A stretch of 64,000 bases of DNA from Desulfococcaceae bacterium. Lineage in GTDB: Bacteria; Desulfobacterota; Desulfobacteria; Desulfobacterales; Desulfococcaceae. Made by a program: the position numbers and the translations under genes. The DNA lies in contig JBFXEJ010000017.1 in NCBI GenBank assembly GCA_050180235.1, positions 4,595 to 68,594 of the forward strand, in the 5' to 3' direction. Below, piece by piece: positions 19,305 through 29,661 of the stretch. The notes beneath the pieces are model-generated. The model ran no database searches. It saw only the letters and a list, made by a program, of their open reading frames with translations, and had not been told where the DNA came from. Position 1 is the first letter of the stretch; every line of letters starts with the position of its first letter.

Positions 19305-19535
19305 TTACTCTTTATCATTTTTTATGATTTCCTGCCTGTCCTGCTCATACTGATCATAGGTGGGCGTTTTTTCACCGGCCGGCGGTATCGGGTCTTCCCG
19401 CTGCATTGTCTGTGTGTGGTTAGCGCCTTCATACATACCGCGCAAAAAGCCGTCATAAACTTTATCTTTTTCTGCACACGAAGACAGGCAGAGGACAAAA
19501 CACGCAAAAATCAGAATTTTTGAAACTGTTTTCAC
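19305..19535 (-). CDS. small lipoprotein
   Basis: GTG start at 19535 preceded by GGAGAA. Signal peptide plus lipobox KILIFACFVLCLSSC. Immediately upstream of the SWIM gene. Confidence 0.55.
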   Translation of the reverse strand: MKTVSKILIFACFVLCLSSCAEKDKVYDGFLRGMYEGANHTQTMQREDPIPPAGEKTPTYDQYEQDRQEIIKNDKE

Positions 19536-19640
19536 AATTTTTTCTCCTTTTAATCGAATTGTCACACAATTTCCTTCCATAAACAACATACGGTTTCCGA
19601 ACAGCAGGTCAAACCGGCTGATTTTTTTACATCTGAATTT

Positions 19641-19725
19641 CGCACAGAAAAAACTCTGGGTGACTCTGTGTCACTCTGCGGTCAAAAACAGTCGATCGCG
19701 AATTTGACCCACTGCCCTTAAAGGA
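19641..19725. repeat. family E repeat (inverted form)
   Basis: ctctgggtgactctgtgtcactctgcgg...atttgacccactgcc; the last motif recurs at about 9575..9592. Confidence 0.55.
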
Positions 19726-19753
19726 ATGCCAAACAGAAAATCTCGTATTCCTT

Positions 19754-20221
19754 TCACTCTTTCCTGCCTGTTACATCATGGAGCCCCAGACTGCCGGAGG
19801 AAAACTGTTCCACAATGATTTCATAAAACCTTCTCTGCTGCGCGGGCGACAGCAGTTCTTTCTCTTCCAGAATATGTGCAATCACTTCTTTTTCCAGTTC
19901 TGCCTGGCGGGTCATAATATGTCCCGCGACAGTGTCAATCTTTGTTCTGTCTGTTGGTTCCCCAAAAAGAAGATCTGCAAGTTCCGCCCGGCTTTGGCGC
20001 AGATTTCTCCGGATGTCAGCCACTCTGGGCAGAAAGGTGCTGCGGATGCGGCTGACCTGTTCCCTCTGGATTTGGCTCAGATCAGGAATAAGATCCAGAT
20101 ACCCTTTGATGGATGTCAGGCTTTTCCACCGTTTCTCCATATGGAAAAAGATCAGGGACATAGCTGCCAGCATTATCAGCACTGCGGTTCCGAAACCCGC
20201 TGCAAAACAGACAAAAGGCAA
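19754..20221 (-). CDS. periplasmic Spy/CpxP-family (heavy-metal-sensor-like) protein
   Basis: N-terminal TM segment and a helical protein with an LTXXQ-like segment (LSPAQQRRFYEI). Third gene after the ECF sigma and anti-sigma genes. Confidence 0.65.
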   Translation of the reverse strand: MPFVCFAAGFGTAVLIMLAAMSLIFFHMEKRWKSLTSIKGYLDLIPDLSQIQREQVSRIRSTFLPRVADIRRNLRQSRAELADLLFGEPTDRTKIDTVAGHIMTRQAELEKEVIAHILEEKELLSPAQQRRFYEIIVEQFSSGSLGLHDVTGRKE

Positions 20222-20251
20222 GATATTTTTCTCCTTGTGTATGGAAAGAAT

Positions 20252-20626
20252 TCAAAGAAGATTAAAATAAATACGGCCTAGGGAACAGGGCGGAAAATCT
20301 CCGAATTCATCCAGAGTTCCGTTATTTTTCTTTTTAATGGCAAAGAGGGTATCAAAGAAATACGCAAAAAAATACAGCATTCTGGAAGCCCATGTTCGTG
20401 TTTGCGGTATATCCGCTGTTTTCATCATCAGATTCCGCACAAATTCATCACCCACACTTTCCGGAGGAAGTCCGGCAAGCAGACTGTCCGCGTGTTTGAA
20501 ATCATTCCACGTCTGCCTGCATTCCGCACACTGCGACAGGTGTTTTTCCATCTCCCCGGCTTTTTCCGCGTCCAATTCCCCGTCAAGATACGCGGAAATT
20601 TTTTTTCCCTTGTTCCGGCATTTCAT
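20252..20626 (-). CDS. anti-sigma factor (zf-HC2)
   Basis: ISAYLDGELD...HLSQCAECRQ motif. Lies 4 nt after the sigma factor gene. Confidence 0.75.
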   Translation of the reverse strand: MKCRNKGKKISAYLDGELDAEKAGEMEKHLSQCAECRQTWNDFKHADSLLAGLPPESVGDEFVRNLMMKTADIPQTRTWASRMLYFFAYFFDTLFAIKKKNNGTLDEFGDFPPCSLGRIYFNLL

Positions 20627-20630
20627 TCGC

Positions 20631-21182
20631 TCACTCCTTTTGCGGAAATTTTTCTCTCAGGCTTTTCCGTGCCCTGTAAATCAGTGATTCCACACCCGGA
20701 ACACTGATATGAAGCACTTCACTGATTTCTGTGTAAGACAGTCCTTCGGTGACACGGAGAAGCAATGCAGCCCGCTGTTTTTCCGGCAGTTCCCTCAAAG
20801 CGGAAAACACCGCATTCTTCAGATGGTAAATGTCTTCCGGATTTGCGGATGCACTGTCTGAAAGGCTGTGTTCCTCACAAAGTTCTTTGGTGAAATCCCT
20901 TTGTCTTCTGCGACGCCGGGCTTCATTCATGGAAAGATTATACGCGATTGTGAATATCCATGCAGATACGGAAGAATCGGAACGCACCTCAAAACGGGAT
21001 GCAGCCCGGTACACTCTCAGAAAAACCTCCTGGGTCAGATCCTCGGCCTGCTGACGTTCTCCGCCCATGTATTTCCGGATGAAACTGAAAAGCGGATTTT
21101 GGTATCGTCTTACAAGGGCTTCAAATGCCTGACGGTCGCCATTCCCGATGGCCTGCATCAGTTCGGTATCCGTTTTTTCCAT
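20631..21182 (-). CDS. ECF-type RNA polymerase sigma-70 factor
   Basis: Regions 2 and 4 recognisable (DLTQEVFLRVY; LPEKQRAALLLRVTEGLSYTEISEVLHISVPGVESLIYRARKSL). Confidence 0.9.
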   Translation of the reverse strand: MEKTDTELMQAIGNGDRQAFEALVRRYQNPLFSFIRKYMGGERQQAEDLTQEVFLRVYRAASRFEVRSDSSVSAWIFTIAYNLSMNEARRRRRQRDFTKELCEEHSLSDSASANPEDIYHLKNAVFSALRELPEKQRAALLLRVTEGLSYTEISEVLHISVPGVESLIYRARKSLREKFPQKE

Positions 21183-21219
21183 GGGGTTTTGGCTTTTTCC
21201 TGCTCAAATGCAGGCTGGG

Positions 21220-21732
21220 TTATTTAAAGCGGCTGTCAGAGCGTTTGGCAGCCACTTCCTGTTTATCCGCTGTCATCCAGCCGGAAGAACTCTTTGATAC
21301 TGCGTCAAAATTTTCAATATAGGGTTTAATATCCAAAAGCGGGGTTCCATCCAGGACATCAATCCCCTTCACCGTAAGAACCGCTCCTTCCGCTTTTATC
21401 AGTTGAACGATGGAGATACCGATATGATTTGGCCTTAAAGGAGAACGAGTTGCAAAAACGCCCCGCTCCACTGTATCCAGAAAAGGAGTTACTGTCAGAC
21501 AGGTTCTGTCTGCCTTATGAAAAAGATAAATAAGATAGATATGGCTGAATCCGTCCAAATCTGTAAGCCCTTCAACATAATGCTCATCAATATGCACTGT
21601 CCCTTCGATGTCTGCTGCACCTTTGGGCTGTATCGGCATATTTTCCAGGTTTTTAAAAGGCGAGTGAATGATACCTATTGGTTCCAATTTGTTTCTCCTT
21701 TTTTCTTCATTTCGGCCCGATTGAAATAACAA
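21220..21732 (-). CDS. trmO: tRNA (t6A37-N6)-methyltransferase TrmO/TsaA family
   Basis: LEPIGIIHSPF..., FSHIYLIYLFH, GVFATRSPLRPNHIG. Confidence 0.8.
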   Translation of the reverse strand: MLFQSGRNEEKRRNKLEPIGIIHSPFKNLENMPIQPKGAADIEGTVHIDEHYVEGLTDLDGFSHIYLIYLFHKADRTCLTVTPFLDTVERGVFATRSPLRPNHIGISIVQLIKAEGAVLTVKGIDVLDGTPLLDIKPYIENFDAVSKSSSGWMTADKQEVAAKRSDSRFK

Positions 21733-21746
21733 AAGACCTGATTCAT

Positions 21747-23009
21747 CTAAATTTTAATCTTTGCCTTATTGATAAGGAAATCCGTTGCAATCCCGATTCC
21801 AAATGCCCATGCCATATTCGGAACTGCAAGTGATATGCCGCTGATCAGCAGAGCCACAAAATATTCCTCATTTGTTTTCAGGCTGCGGATCAGAGGACAG
21901 AGTTCAAGTCCGGCAAAAATAAGCAGAACGCCCAGAACAGAGTTTGGAATCATCGTAAGAACGGCAAAACCGAGTTCCCCGAAAAACAATGCTGTCAGAA
22001 CAAAGAAAAGACCAATCATGAGCGGTGCGCCCCCGGTTCTTGCTCCAAAGCGAAAATGGGCTGCCAGTCCCCCGGTTCCGTGACACATGGGAACAGCACC
22101 GATAAATCCGACCGGCAAATTGGCAATTCCCATTGTCAGGGCAAATTTTCCTGCTTTGGTTTTCTGAAGCAGCGGATTGTCCGGAAAAATCGTAGTGCAA
22201 AGGTCAGCCGTTCCCACACAGGCATTTCCGATTGTCAATGGAATCTGTGGCAGAATCAGCATGATAAATGCAATCCAGAAGTCATTCAAAGAGGGAATAA
22301 TCACACGGATATCCGTAGGCCCAAGTGAAAATTTCTGTCCCTTAAAACCCCCGAAAATAAAACCCACTGTGATTCCTACGCCTACCGCAGCAATTGCCGC
22401 GGGCAGTTTTTTGTTGTCCAGCAGCAGCAGCACCATCACAAAAACAAAGATGCCGAGAGCCAGATTAATGTTGAAACCGGCTGCATTGACCGAACTTTCG
22501 GAAATAAACAAATCTTTTTTCACAATCAGTTCGATCCCTTTGCGCAGAAATACCAGACCCAGTGCGAGTTGGATACCGCGAACAACCGGCTGCGTAAACA
22601 GTTTTGCCAGTTTATCCACCAGACCGGTAAGGGCAAAAAACAGCAGAAGAAATCCGAAAATAATTCCGGATGCTCCGATCACCGATTCTGTAATCATCGC
22701 AGGATAGGCAATGGCAATGGCCCCCACAGCTTTCAAAGGCTGAACCGGAACCGGGAGTTTGAAATAATATCCTGTGAGGATATAAAACAGTCCGAATGAC
22801 AGAAACACTGAGGAAGGACTCAGTTTGTTGATAATAATCATTCCCAGGACAATCGGTAACAGGGTTCCCAGATCTCCGAAAGAACCGGCCAGCTCGACAC
22901 GGTCAAATTTCAGATTTTCAAAAAGTCTGTTTTTTGGATTTCCCGCGGGGATTTCGGAAGGATTTTCTGAATCCTTGTATTTCACACCGGCACTGCTGAC
23001 TTTTTCCAT
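21747..23009 (-). CDS. MOT1/SulP-related putative molybdate/sulfate transporter
   Basis: ELAGSFGDLGTLLP motif and a polytopic membrane protein. ATG 23009 is preceded by GAGGAGG; ORF 21747..23138 extends further upstream. Confidence 0.7.
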   Translation of the reverse strand: MEKVSSAGVKYKDSENPSEIPAGNPKNRLFENLKFDRVELAGSFGDLGTLLPIVLGMIIINKLSPSSVFLSFGLFYILTGYYFKLPVPVQPLKAVGAIAIAYPAMITESVIGASGIIFGFLLLFFALTGLVDKLAKLFTQPVVRGIQLALGLVFLRKGIELIVKKDLFISESSVNAAGFNINLALGIFVFVMVLLLLDNKKLPAAIAAVGVGITVGFIFGGFKGQKFSLGPTDIRVIIPSLNDFWIAFIMLILPQIPLTIGNACVGTADLCTTIFPDNPLLQKTKAGKFALTMGIANLPVGFIGAVPMCHGTGGLAAHFRFGARTGGAPLMIGLFFVLTALFFGELGFAVLTMIPNSVLGVLLIFAGLELCPLIRSLKTNEEYFVALLISGISLAVPNMAWAFGIGIATDFLINKAKIKI

Positions 23010-23151
23010 ACATAACCTCCTCAATTCTGTTTTGGTTTTGCCCTGAACTTTTCGGGTTTCGGCAGTCTCTTTTCTGAAATGTAAAACAGCAGAGAAAGGA
23101 AAAACCCGCGAAAAAATATTTGGATTTTGCAGCGACACATGAAAAATATGC

Positions 23152-23841
23152 TTATCCCTCTTTATCCGGAAGCGTAAATTTGTAACCTATGCCATATACC
23201 GAGCAGATAGGCTGATATTCCGGCAGATGATCCCCGATTTTTTTCCGCAGATTTTTGATATGGGAATCAATGGTGCGTTCATAACCCTCAAAATCATATC
23301 CCTGCACTTTGGAGATCAAATCCGCGCGGGAGAAAACCCTGTCCGGATGCAGGAGCATAATTTTCAGCAGACTATACTCAATGGGCGTCAGGTTCAGGGG
23401 ATTGCCGTTTACCGAAACCGTGTGTTTTTCCTCATCCAGATGAACCGGACCCATGCGGATCTGCTTTCCGGAAATTTCAGGCTTTGAACGGCGCAGCACG
23501 GCCTTTACCCTTGCCATCACTTCCCTGGGGCTGAAGGGTTTGCAGATATAATCATCCGCACCCAGTTCCAGCCCCACAATCCTATCAATCTCTTCCACCT
23601 TTGCGGTAATCATGATGATGGGAACATTGGAAAATTTCCGTATTTCCCGGCAGATTTCCGTGCCTTCCATACCCGGCAGCATGATATCCAGCAGAATCAG
23701 ATCCGGAGGCTCCTTTTTCACAAAAGGAACCACCGTATCCCCGCGATCCATGCAGGAAGCCGTATATCCGGCATTTACAAGATAATCCCGCAAAAGCCGG
23801 GCAATCTTGATTTCATCTTCCGCAATAAGTATATGCTGCAT
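23152..23841 (-). CDS. OmpR-family DNA-binding response regulator
   Basis: Receiver domain (ILLDIMLPGMEG) plus winged-helix output (LTPIEYSLLKIML...YGIGYKF). Confidence 0.9.
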   Translation of the reverse strand: MQHILIAEDEIKIARLLRDYLVNAGYTASCMDRGDTVVPFVKKEPPDLILLDIMLPGMEGTEICREIRKFSNVPIIMITAKVEEIDRIVGLELGADDYICKPFSPREVMARVKAVLRRSKPEISGKQIRMGPVHLDEEKHTVSVNGNPLNLTPIEYSLLKIMLLHPDRVFSRADLISKVQGYDFEGYERTIDSHIKNLRKKIGDHLPEYQPICSVYGIGYKFTLPDKEG

Positions 23842-24045
23842 CTGTTTTTCTCCTGAACACGTTCATTCATCCAGAATGCTTTTCTTCATGAGGCATAAAA
23901 TCGGAAAATGCCGGAATACAGCATGTTCCGGTGTTCCGGATACCGGCGGGAATGCCGGTATCCAAAAACGGGAAATCAGCATAATATTCTGTAAATACAA
24001 TTTAAATGATCAGCATTGCCTGTGCGGCACTGCCCATATGCAGCA

Positions 24046-24996
24046 TCATTTGTATATCAGCCGGGGCGGTTCCAGCAGCACCTTTGTGTCCGGGGGGATG
24101 GATTCCGTTATCCAGACATTTCCGCCAATGACCGAACGCTCCCCGATAACCGTGTCTCCGCCCAGAATCGTGGCTCCGGAATAGATTATTACATCATCTC
24201 TGATGGTGGGATGACGTTTTTTTCCCCGCAACTGCTCCCCGGCATCTTTGGGAAGGGACAGCGCACCCAGGGTGACACCCTGATAAATGCGCACATTGTT
24301 TCCAATCACAGTGGTTTCTCCGATGACCACACCGGTTCCGTGATCAATGACAAAGCGTTCCCCGATCTCCGCTCCGGGATGAATATCAATTCCTGTGAGA
24401 TTGTGTGCATATTCGCTCATTATACGGGGCAGAAAAGGCACGTTCATGTCATACAAATGATGGGCTATCCGGTGCACCCATATGGCAAAGATGCCAGGAT
24501 AACTGAAAATAATTTCATCATAACTGCGTGCTGCCGGGTCTCCCTCATAGGCAGCGGCCACGTCCGAGGCCAGGGTTTTCTGAATATCCGGGAGGGACTG
24601 CAGCAGTTTCAGAGCGATTTCATTTCCCTGCCCTTCGCAGTCCCGGCATGCTTCGCCATAGCGGAAGCAGTCATGGCGGATGCTCCGGGCCACCTGTTCT
24701 GCCAGCATGTCATACACAGTGGAAAGAGTCTGGCCCAGACTGTAACGCAGATTCACAGGATCAGTTTTTTCCCGTGCAAAGTAACCGGGAAAAAGAATCT
24801 CCCGCAGCCGTTCAATGATTCCAATCACTGATTCCCTGGATGGAATGGGTTCATAGGTTACATGGCTGTGGCAGGTTTTATCGTCACAACTGTCGAGAAT
24901 TTTTTCCAAAATATCAGGAAGCTGCTCCCGGTGCTGCGTGACATTTCTGGCATCTGTTTTGCATGTTTCACCGGGTATTCTGATTTTTTCATCCAT
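24046..24996 (-). CDS. cysE: serine O-acetyltransferase (long form)
   Basis: Hexapeptide repeats IHPGAEIGERFVIDHGTGVVIGETTVIGNNVRIYQGVTLG with an N-terminal helical domain. Confidence 0.85.
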   Translation of the reverse strand: MDEKIRIPGETCKTDARNVTQHREQLPDILEKILDSCDDKTCHSHVTYEPIPSRESVIGIIERLREILFPGYFAREKTDPVNLRYSLGQTLSTVYDMLAEQVARSIRHDCFRYGEACRDCEGQGNEIALKLLQSLPDIQKTLASDVAAAYEGDPAARSYDEIIFSYPGIFAIWVHRIAHHLYDMNVPFLPRIMSEYAHNLTGIDIHPGAEIGERFVIDHGTGVVIGETTVIGNNVRIYQGVTLGALSLPKDAGEQLRGKKRHPTIRDDVIIYSGATILGGDTVIGERSVIGGNVWITESIPPDTKVLLEPPRLIYK

Positions 24997-25445
24997 AACA
25001 CACCTTCCTTTCTTATTCCTTTTTTATACAGATTTTATCTCCGTATCTCAGAGTGTTGTACGGGACGGAATGCCATTCACACAGTGTTTAAGAAAAAGTC
25101 TGTCCCCGAAACCATAAGGTATTTCAAAACACCAGGGGCTGATGGTGAAAATCTTTTTCCTGAAATTTGCAGATTGTTTCATGATGTCTGTGCGTGAATT
25201 ATTATATTAATAAGTCTTTTGTCCAATGTCAAAGTCAACTGATGCAGACAGGGATTTTGCCATGACCGGTTTCATAACTGCCGGACCAGAAGTTTTGGAA
25301 CCGGTATTCTGCTGTTTTGCCCATTGCAGATAATTCGGAGTTATACATCTCAAAAATCTCATTATACGCACTCTGACCGGGAGCATAAAAAAATCAATCT
25401 GATTTACATATCACTGCCAATATGATAACCTGCTTAGGCATCAAA

Positions 25446-25516
25446 GTCATACTGGTAAAAGCCGGTATCCGAAACATATCGGAATTGGAGGATTCCGACT
25501 TTTGCCGGAATCACGG
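25446..25516. repeat. REP-like family C unit
   Basis: gtcatactggtaaaagccggtatccg...gattccgacttttgccggaatcacgg. Confidence 0.6.
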
Positions 25517-25615
25517 AGCAGGCTGCTGACATTTGAACAGACTGCACAATATCGGCCAATAAATTCAAAGATTAAGAAATAAACTGCTTAGCTGCCAAAA
25601 AGAAAGGAAAATGAA

Positions 25616-26275
25616 ATGAATATCAGTGAAAACTGGCTTTGGGGAAAAATGATGTATCTGCTTCCCCTGCTCCTGTCTCTTTCCGTCCATGAATGGGCCC
25701 ATGCCTGGGCTGCTTCGCGGCTGGGGGATGACACGGCCAGACAGATGGGACGCCTGACCCTTAATCCCCTGGCCCATATTGATCCCATTGGAACCGTTCT
25801 GCTGCCCCTTATGGGTGTGCCCTTTGGATGGGCCAAACCTGTGCCCATCAATCCCATGCGCTTTCATCGGGAGATCTACATGGGCAAAGGCGTCATGCTC
25901 ACTGCCATTGCAGGCCCGGTTTCCAATCTGTGCCTCGCATTTGCCTGCGGACTGCTGATTTTTGTTTTTTCCGGAATACTGTCCATACGCATAGAGCAGG
26001 CAGAGGGGCTTTATATGATGCTGGAAATCATGGTGATGATGAATGTGATTCTGGCTGTGTTCAATGCCATTCCGGTTCCGCCTTTGGACGGTAGCCGGGT
26101 AATGGATTATTTTGTGCCAAATCAGTACAGGGATACCTGGGAGCAGTTCTGCCGCATAGGGCCGCTGGCTTTGATGGCGATCATTTTTCTGCCCCGGATA
26201 ATGGGTTTCAGTATTATGGCCTGGCCGCTGAGAATTACGGAATATATCCTGAATATGATGTATGTGAAGGGGTAA
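25616..26275 (+). CDS. site-2 protease family (M50) membrane metalloprotease
   Basis: HExxH as HEWAHAW; multiple TM segments. Confidence 0.8.
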   Translation: MNISENWLWGKMMYLLPLLLSLSVHEWAHAWAASRLGDDTARQMGRLTLNPLAHIDPIGTVLLPLMGVPFGWAKPVPINPMRFHREIYMGKGVMLTAIAGPVSNLCLAFACGLLIFVFSGILSIRIEQAEGLYMMLEIMVMMNVILAVFNAIPVPPLDGSRVMDYFVPNQYRDTWEQFCRIGPLALMAIIFLPRIMGFSIMAWPLRITEYILNMMYVKG

Positions 26276-26306
26276 TAAGGAAAATTCCTTTTGAAGGCAG
26301 GGTGTT

Positions 26307-26458
26307 ATACCGATTCTCTATTGATTTGATACAATATTTATTGTCAGTTTTTCCGCTGCTGCGCGTGTGCAAAAAACCGCTCCGCTTAATTTTTGCACTC
26401 CTCCGGATCAGTTTCGGCCGGAAGTGCAGATTGTATCAGGTCAATGGCGATTTGGTAT
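26307..26458. repeat. family B element with cargo module
   Basis: ataccgattctctattga...gtgcaaaaaaccgctccgcttaatttttgcactcctccggatcag...tcaatggcgatttggtat. Confidence 0.75.
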
Positions 26459-26514
26459 AAAACTAACGATTATTTAGTGCCAAAATTTTTTTAACAATAA
26501 AAATGAGGAATATC

Positions 26515-26784
26515 ATGGAATTGCTGAAAAAAGAAAAACAGGGTGAGGTAGTGGTACTGATATTCTGTGAAAATGAATTCAATGCGGCTGTTTCCGAAAA
26601 ATTCAAGTCAGAATCCCTCAGATATATTGAAGAGGGCAGCAGTCGTATCGCACTGGATCTGTCCAATGTAAGGTTTATGGACAGCAGCGGACTCGGAGCT
26701 CTGATTTTTTTTCTGAAAAAGGCGGATCAGAAAACAGAGTTTGCCATCTTCGGTCTCAGCAAAATGGTAAAAAATCTGCTGTAG
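26515..26784 (+). CDS. STAS-domain anti-sigma-factor antagonist
   Basis: VRFMDSSGLGALIFF motif. ATG 26515 is preceded by GAGGA. Confidence 0.75.
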   Translation: MELLKKEKQGEVVVLIFCENEFNAAVSEKFKSESLRYIEEGSSRIALDLSNVRFMDSSGLGALIFFLKKADQKTEFAIFGLSKMVKNLL

Positions 26785-26958
26785 ATAACAAAAACATACA
26801 AGGCATTCAGAATATTTGAAAACAGGGAGGATGCTGCAGCGTCTCTCACGGCATCCTGATGCCCGGCTCCGGCGAACGGCACGGTTTCATTGCAGAGCAG
26901 GTGCCTGCACAGTATTGTCTGAAAAAATTATATTTTGGGCAGCCCGGAATCTGTTTCC

Positions 26959-28827
26959 TCACTGTTTTTGCAGCAGAATCAGACGCAGTCTTTCAAATTC
27001 CATCTCCATCTGTGCCAGTTCTCCGGCAGCAGTGTTTAAATCCCCCTTTTTCGCGGTCTGTTCAATTCTGAGAGCGGTATCGCGCATGGCATATGCGCTT
27101 ATATTTGCGGAAGATCCTTTGATGAGATGTGCTTTTTTTCCAGCGGACTCTGCATCTTTTTCAGCAATGGACTGTTGCAGATTCCGGATCTGTTTAACCA
27201 TATCCTCCAGATAAATACCGGTCAGTTCTTTCAGAAACTGTTCATCCCCTTCCAGTCTTTCCAGCAGATCATCCCGGTCGAAAATATATTTCTGATCCGC
27301 ATGGGCATTTTTTTTCTCTTCAATGAAATCCGCCTGTCCTTTTTCAGTTTTATGTTCATTTTCTTCTTTGCTGCGGCAGGATTCAGGACAGGTGGACAGC
27401 AGAAGATGTTTTTCGATAATCCTCAGAAGTTTCTGCGGCTGAACCGGTTTGGTAAGATATTCATTCATGCCTGCCTCAATGCACCGTTCCCGGTCATCTT
27501 TCATGGCATGGGCCGTCAAAGCGATTACCGGCACATCGCTTTTCAGTTCACTGCGGATGAAACGGGTGGCCTCAAGTCCGTCCATTTCAGGCATATTCAC
27601 ATCCATAAGCACAAGGCTGTAGGTATATTTTTTCAGTGCCTGCACAGCCTCCATCCCGTTTATCACAGCGTCTGTCTGAAATCCGTTTTTTTCCAGAATT
27701 GCCACAGCCAGCATCCGGTTCACCTCATTGTCTTCAGCAAGCAGTATCCGGTGCCTGTGTTTACGGATGTCCATGACAGACGGTTGTGCTGTGAAAGCCA
27801 AAGGACTGTCCGGTTTTACGGGAAAAGTATCTGCGGATTCATCTGCCGCACTTCCGAAAACAGCGGTAAACCGGAAAACCGTGCCTTTTCCCGGCCTGCT
27901 TTTCACATCGATACTGCCGCCCATCATTTCCACCAGTCCCTTTGAAATGACAAGACCCAGCCCGGTTCCGCCGTATTCACGGGTTGTGGACGCGTCCACC
28001 TGTGAAAAGGATTTAAACAGCCGATCCAGACGTTCCGGGGGAATTCCGATGCCCGTGTCACTGACAGAAAAATGTATAGTGTTCGTATCCCTTTCTTTTC
28101 CCATCAGACAGACTTCAATCTTTACCTGCCCCTTTTCTGTGAATTTGATGGCATTTCCGATCAGATTGATCAGTATCTGACGAAGCCGTTCCGGATCCCC
28201 GATCAGTTTCACAGGAACATCGGGTTCCACAAAGCAGGAAAAATCCAGATGTTTTTTTTCTGCCATGATTTTGAACATGGCGGACAGATTTTCCATAAGA
28301 GTCTGCAAATCGAAAACACTTTCCTCCAGTTCCAGTTTTCCTGCCTCAATTTTGGAAAAATCCAGGATGTCATTGATGATCCGCAGCAGTGAATCCGCAC
28401 AGCTCTGCGTTGTCTGCACATAAGTCTGCTGCCGGGGAGTCAGTTCCGTGTCAAGCAGCAGTCCGGTCATGCCGATAATGCCGTTCATGGGTGTCCGGAT
28501 TTCATGACTCATATGGGCAAGAAACTGGCTCTTGGCCTGGTTCGCTGATTCGGCAAGCCATTTGTCCCGCTGGGCTTTTTCCATTTCCTGCATAAAATAA
28601 TGGGCATGTGAACCGAAAATCAGAAAAAGACATACAAGGATGACGCGGTGAAGCCAGACCTGCTGTATTTTCAGACCGGTAAAGGTATAGAAGAAATCCA
28701 CCTGTGGCGGAAAAATTTCCAGAAAGGATTCTGTGAGACAGTAAAATGCGGCCATGGCAATCCCTATGAGCAGCATCTGGTATCGGACAAATATGTTTTT
28801 CTTTTCCTGCATTTCGCGTATCATCAC
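26959..28827 (-). CDS. hybrid sensor histidine kinase / response regulator with HPt domain
   Basis: H-box [10 protein letters not shown]; HATPase boxes GNAIKFT, DTGIGI and GGTGLGL; receiver LLAEDNEVN...[10 protein letters not shown]; C-terminal HPt [10 protein letters not shown]. Confidence 0.9.
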   Translation of the reverse strand: MMIREMQEKKNIFVRYQMLLIGIAMAAFYCLTESFLEIFPPQVDFFYTFTGLKIQQVWLHRVILVCLFLIFGSHAHYFMQEMEKAQRDKWLAESANQAKSQFLAHMSHEIRTPMNGIIGMTGLLLDTELTPRQQTYVQTTQSCADSLLRIINDILDFSKIEAGKLELEESVFDLQTLMENLSAMFKIMAEKKHLDFSCFVEPDVPVKLIGDPERLRQILINLIGNAIKFTEKGQVKIEVCLMGKERDTNTIHFSVSDTGIGIPPERLDRLFKSFSQVDASTTREYGGTGLGLVISKGLVEMMGGSIDVKSRPGKGTVFRFTAVFGSAADESADTFPVKPDSPLAFTAQPSVMDIRKHRHRILLAEDNEVNRMLAVAILEKNGFQTDAVINGMEAVQALKKYTYSLVLMDVNMPEMDGLEATRFIRSELKSDVPVIALTAHAMKDDRERCIEAGMNEYLTKPVQPQKLLRIIEKHLLLSTCPESCRSKEENEHKTEKGQADFIEEKKNAHADQKYIFDRDDLLERLEGDEQFLKELTGIYLEDMVKQIRNLQQSIAEKDAESAGKKAHLIKGSSANISAYAMRDTALRIEQTAKKGDLNTAAGELAQMEMEFERLRLILLQKQ

Positions 28828-29174
28828 TTTGGGTGTTGTGCATCCGGCAGGTTCGCGGGATACCTTTTTTTACGCAAAACAAAAAGGGAAAGTTCCATGC
28901 TTCGCGTCACTGCCATTGCATCAGACGGGAAAAGACCGGCCCGGAGTTTAGGACTGAGAGTCTGGGGCTGCAATGTCTGTCAAACTTTCCGTTTGGTGCC
29001 CATCATAATTGGAAAGGGGAAAAATAACTTCACCCCTTCCGCATAGGCAGGCAAACAAAAGTTTTCGTGTATCAAAAAAAATCGGGTTTCACAGCAAAGC
29101 CTGGTTTTCTGAAAATTTTATCCCCAAAAATATACAGAAGTCTGCTTATTCTGAAAAGGTGGTATTTGGTACTC

Positions 29175-29466
29175 ATACCGATTCGCCATTGAAAACATAC
29201 TTATGAAACACAGCCCTGTCCCTCTCAGGAGGGGATTTTATTAAAAAATCGGTAGTGGGACTGCTCATACTGATTTTTTTAATATATAAATCAATATGTT
29301 ATTTATAATCAGTATAAGCAGTATCATGGATGTATCGTATAACTATTTGTATTTATTATGTATAGACAAAAATCAGTATATTTTTTAAAATATAATAATA
29401 TCAAATAGTTAATTTTTTGTCAGTATGTGCAGACCCACTACCAAAAAATCAATGGCGAATCGGTAT
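29175..29466. repeat. family B element carrying a nested family A MITE
   Basis: ataccgattcgccattga...[A element 29251..29442]...tcaatggcgaatcggtat. Confidence 0.8.
29251..29442 (+). mobile_element. MITE family A copy (192 bp) with 8-bp TSD AAAAAATC
   Basis: Ends GGTAGTGGGACT...GCAGACCCACTACC (imperfect terminal inverted repeat). Identical flanks at 29243..29250 and 29443..29450. Inserted inside a family-B element. Confidence 0.85.
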
Positions 29467-29661
29467 CATTCCCGCAATGCCAGTGCGTTTTTGTGCCGGA
29501 ACGGGGAAAATGAAACCGCAGTTTTGGTATATCTGTATCACATGAAAAGAAAAATCTCAATCTTTTCATTCTGTTCTTACATACAGAGGCAGATATAACT
29601 GTCTGTGATATTTTATAAAAAATAATTTGAGACCAATATTCTGATGATGGGGTGCGGCTGC

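Noticed and set aside
18072-19523. 483-aa ORF antisense to the SWIM gene and the small lipoprotein gene
   Set aside because: It crosses a gene boundary, has no motifs and has an Arg/Gly/Pro-rich composition typical of antisense frames.
25200-25560. Possible gene fragment or small RNA in the 620-bp gap between cysE and the M50 protease gene
   Set aside because: There is no ORF of 60 aa or more, only a REP unit and no recognisable structure. It is left unannotated.
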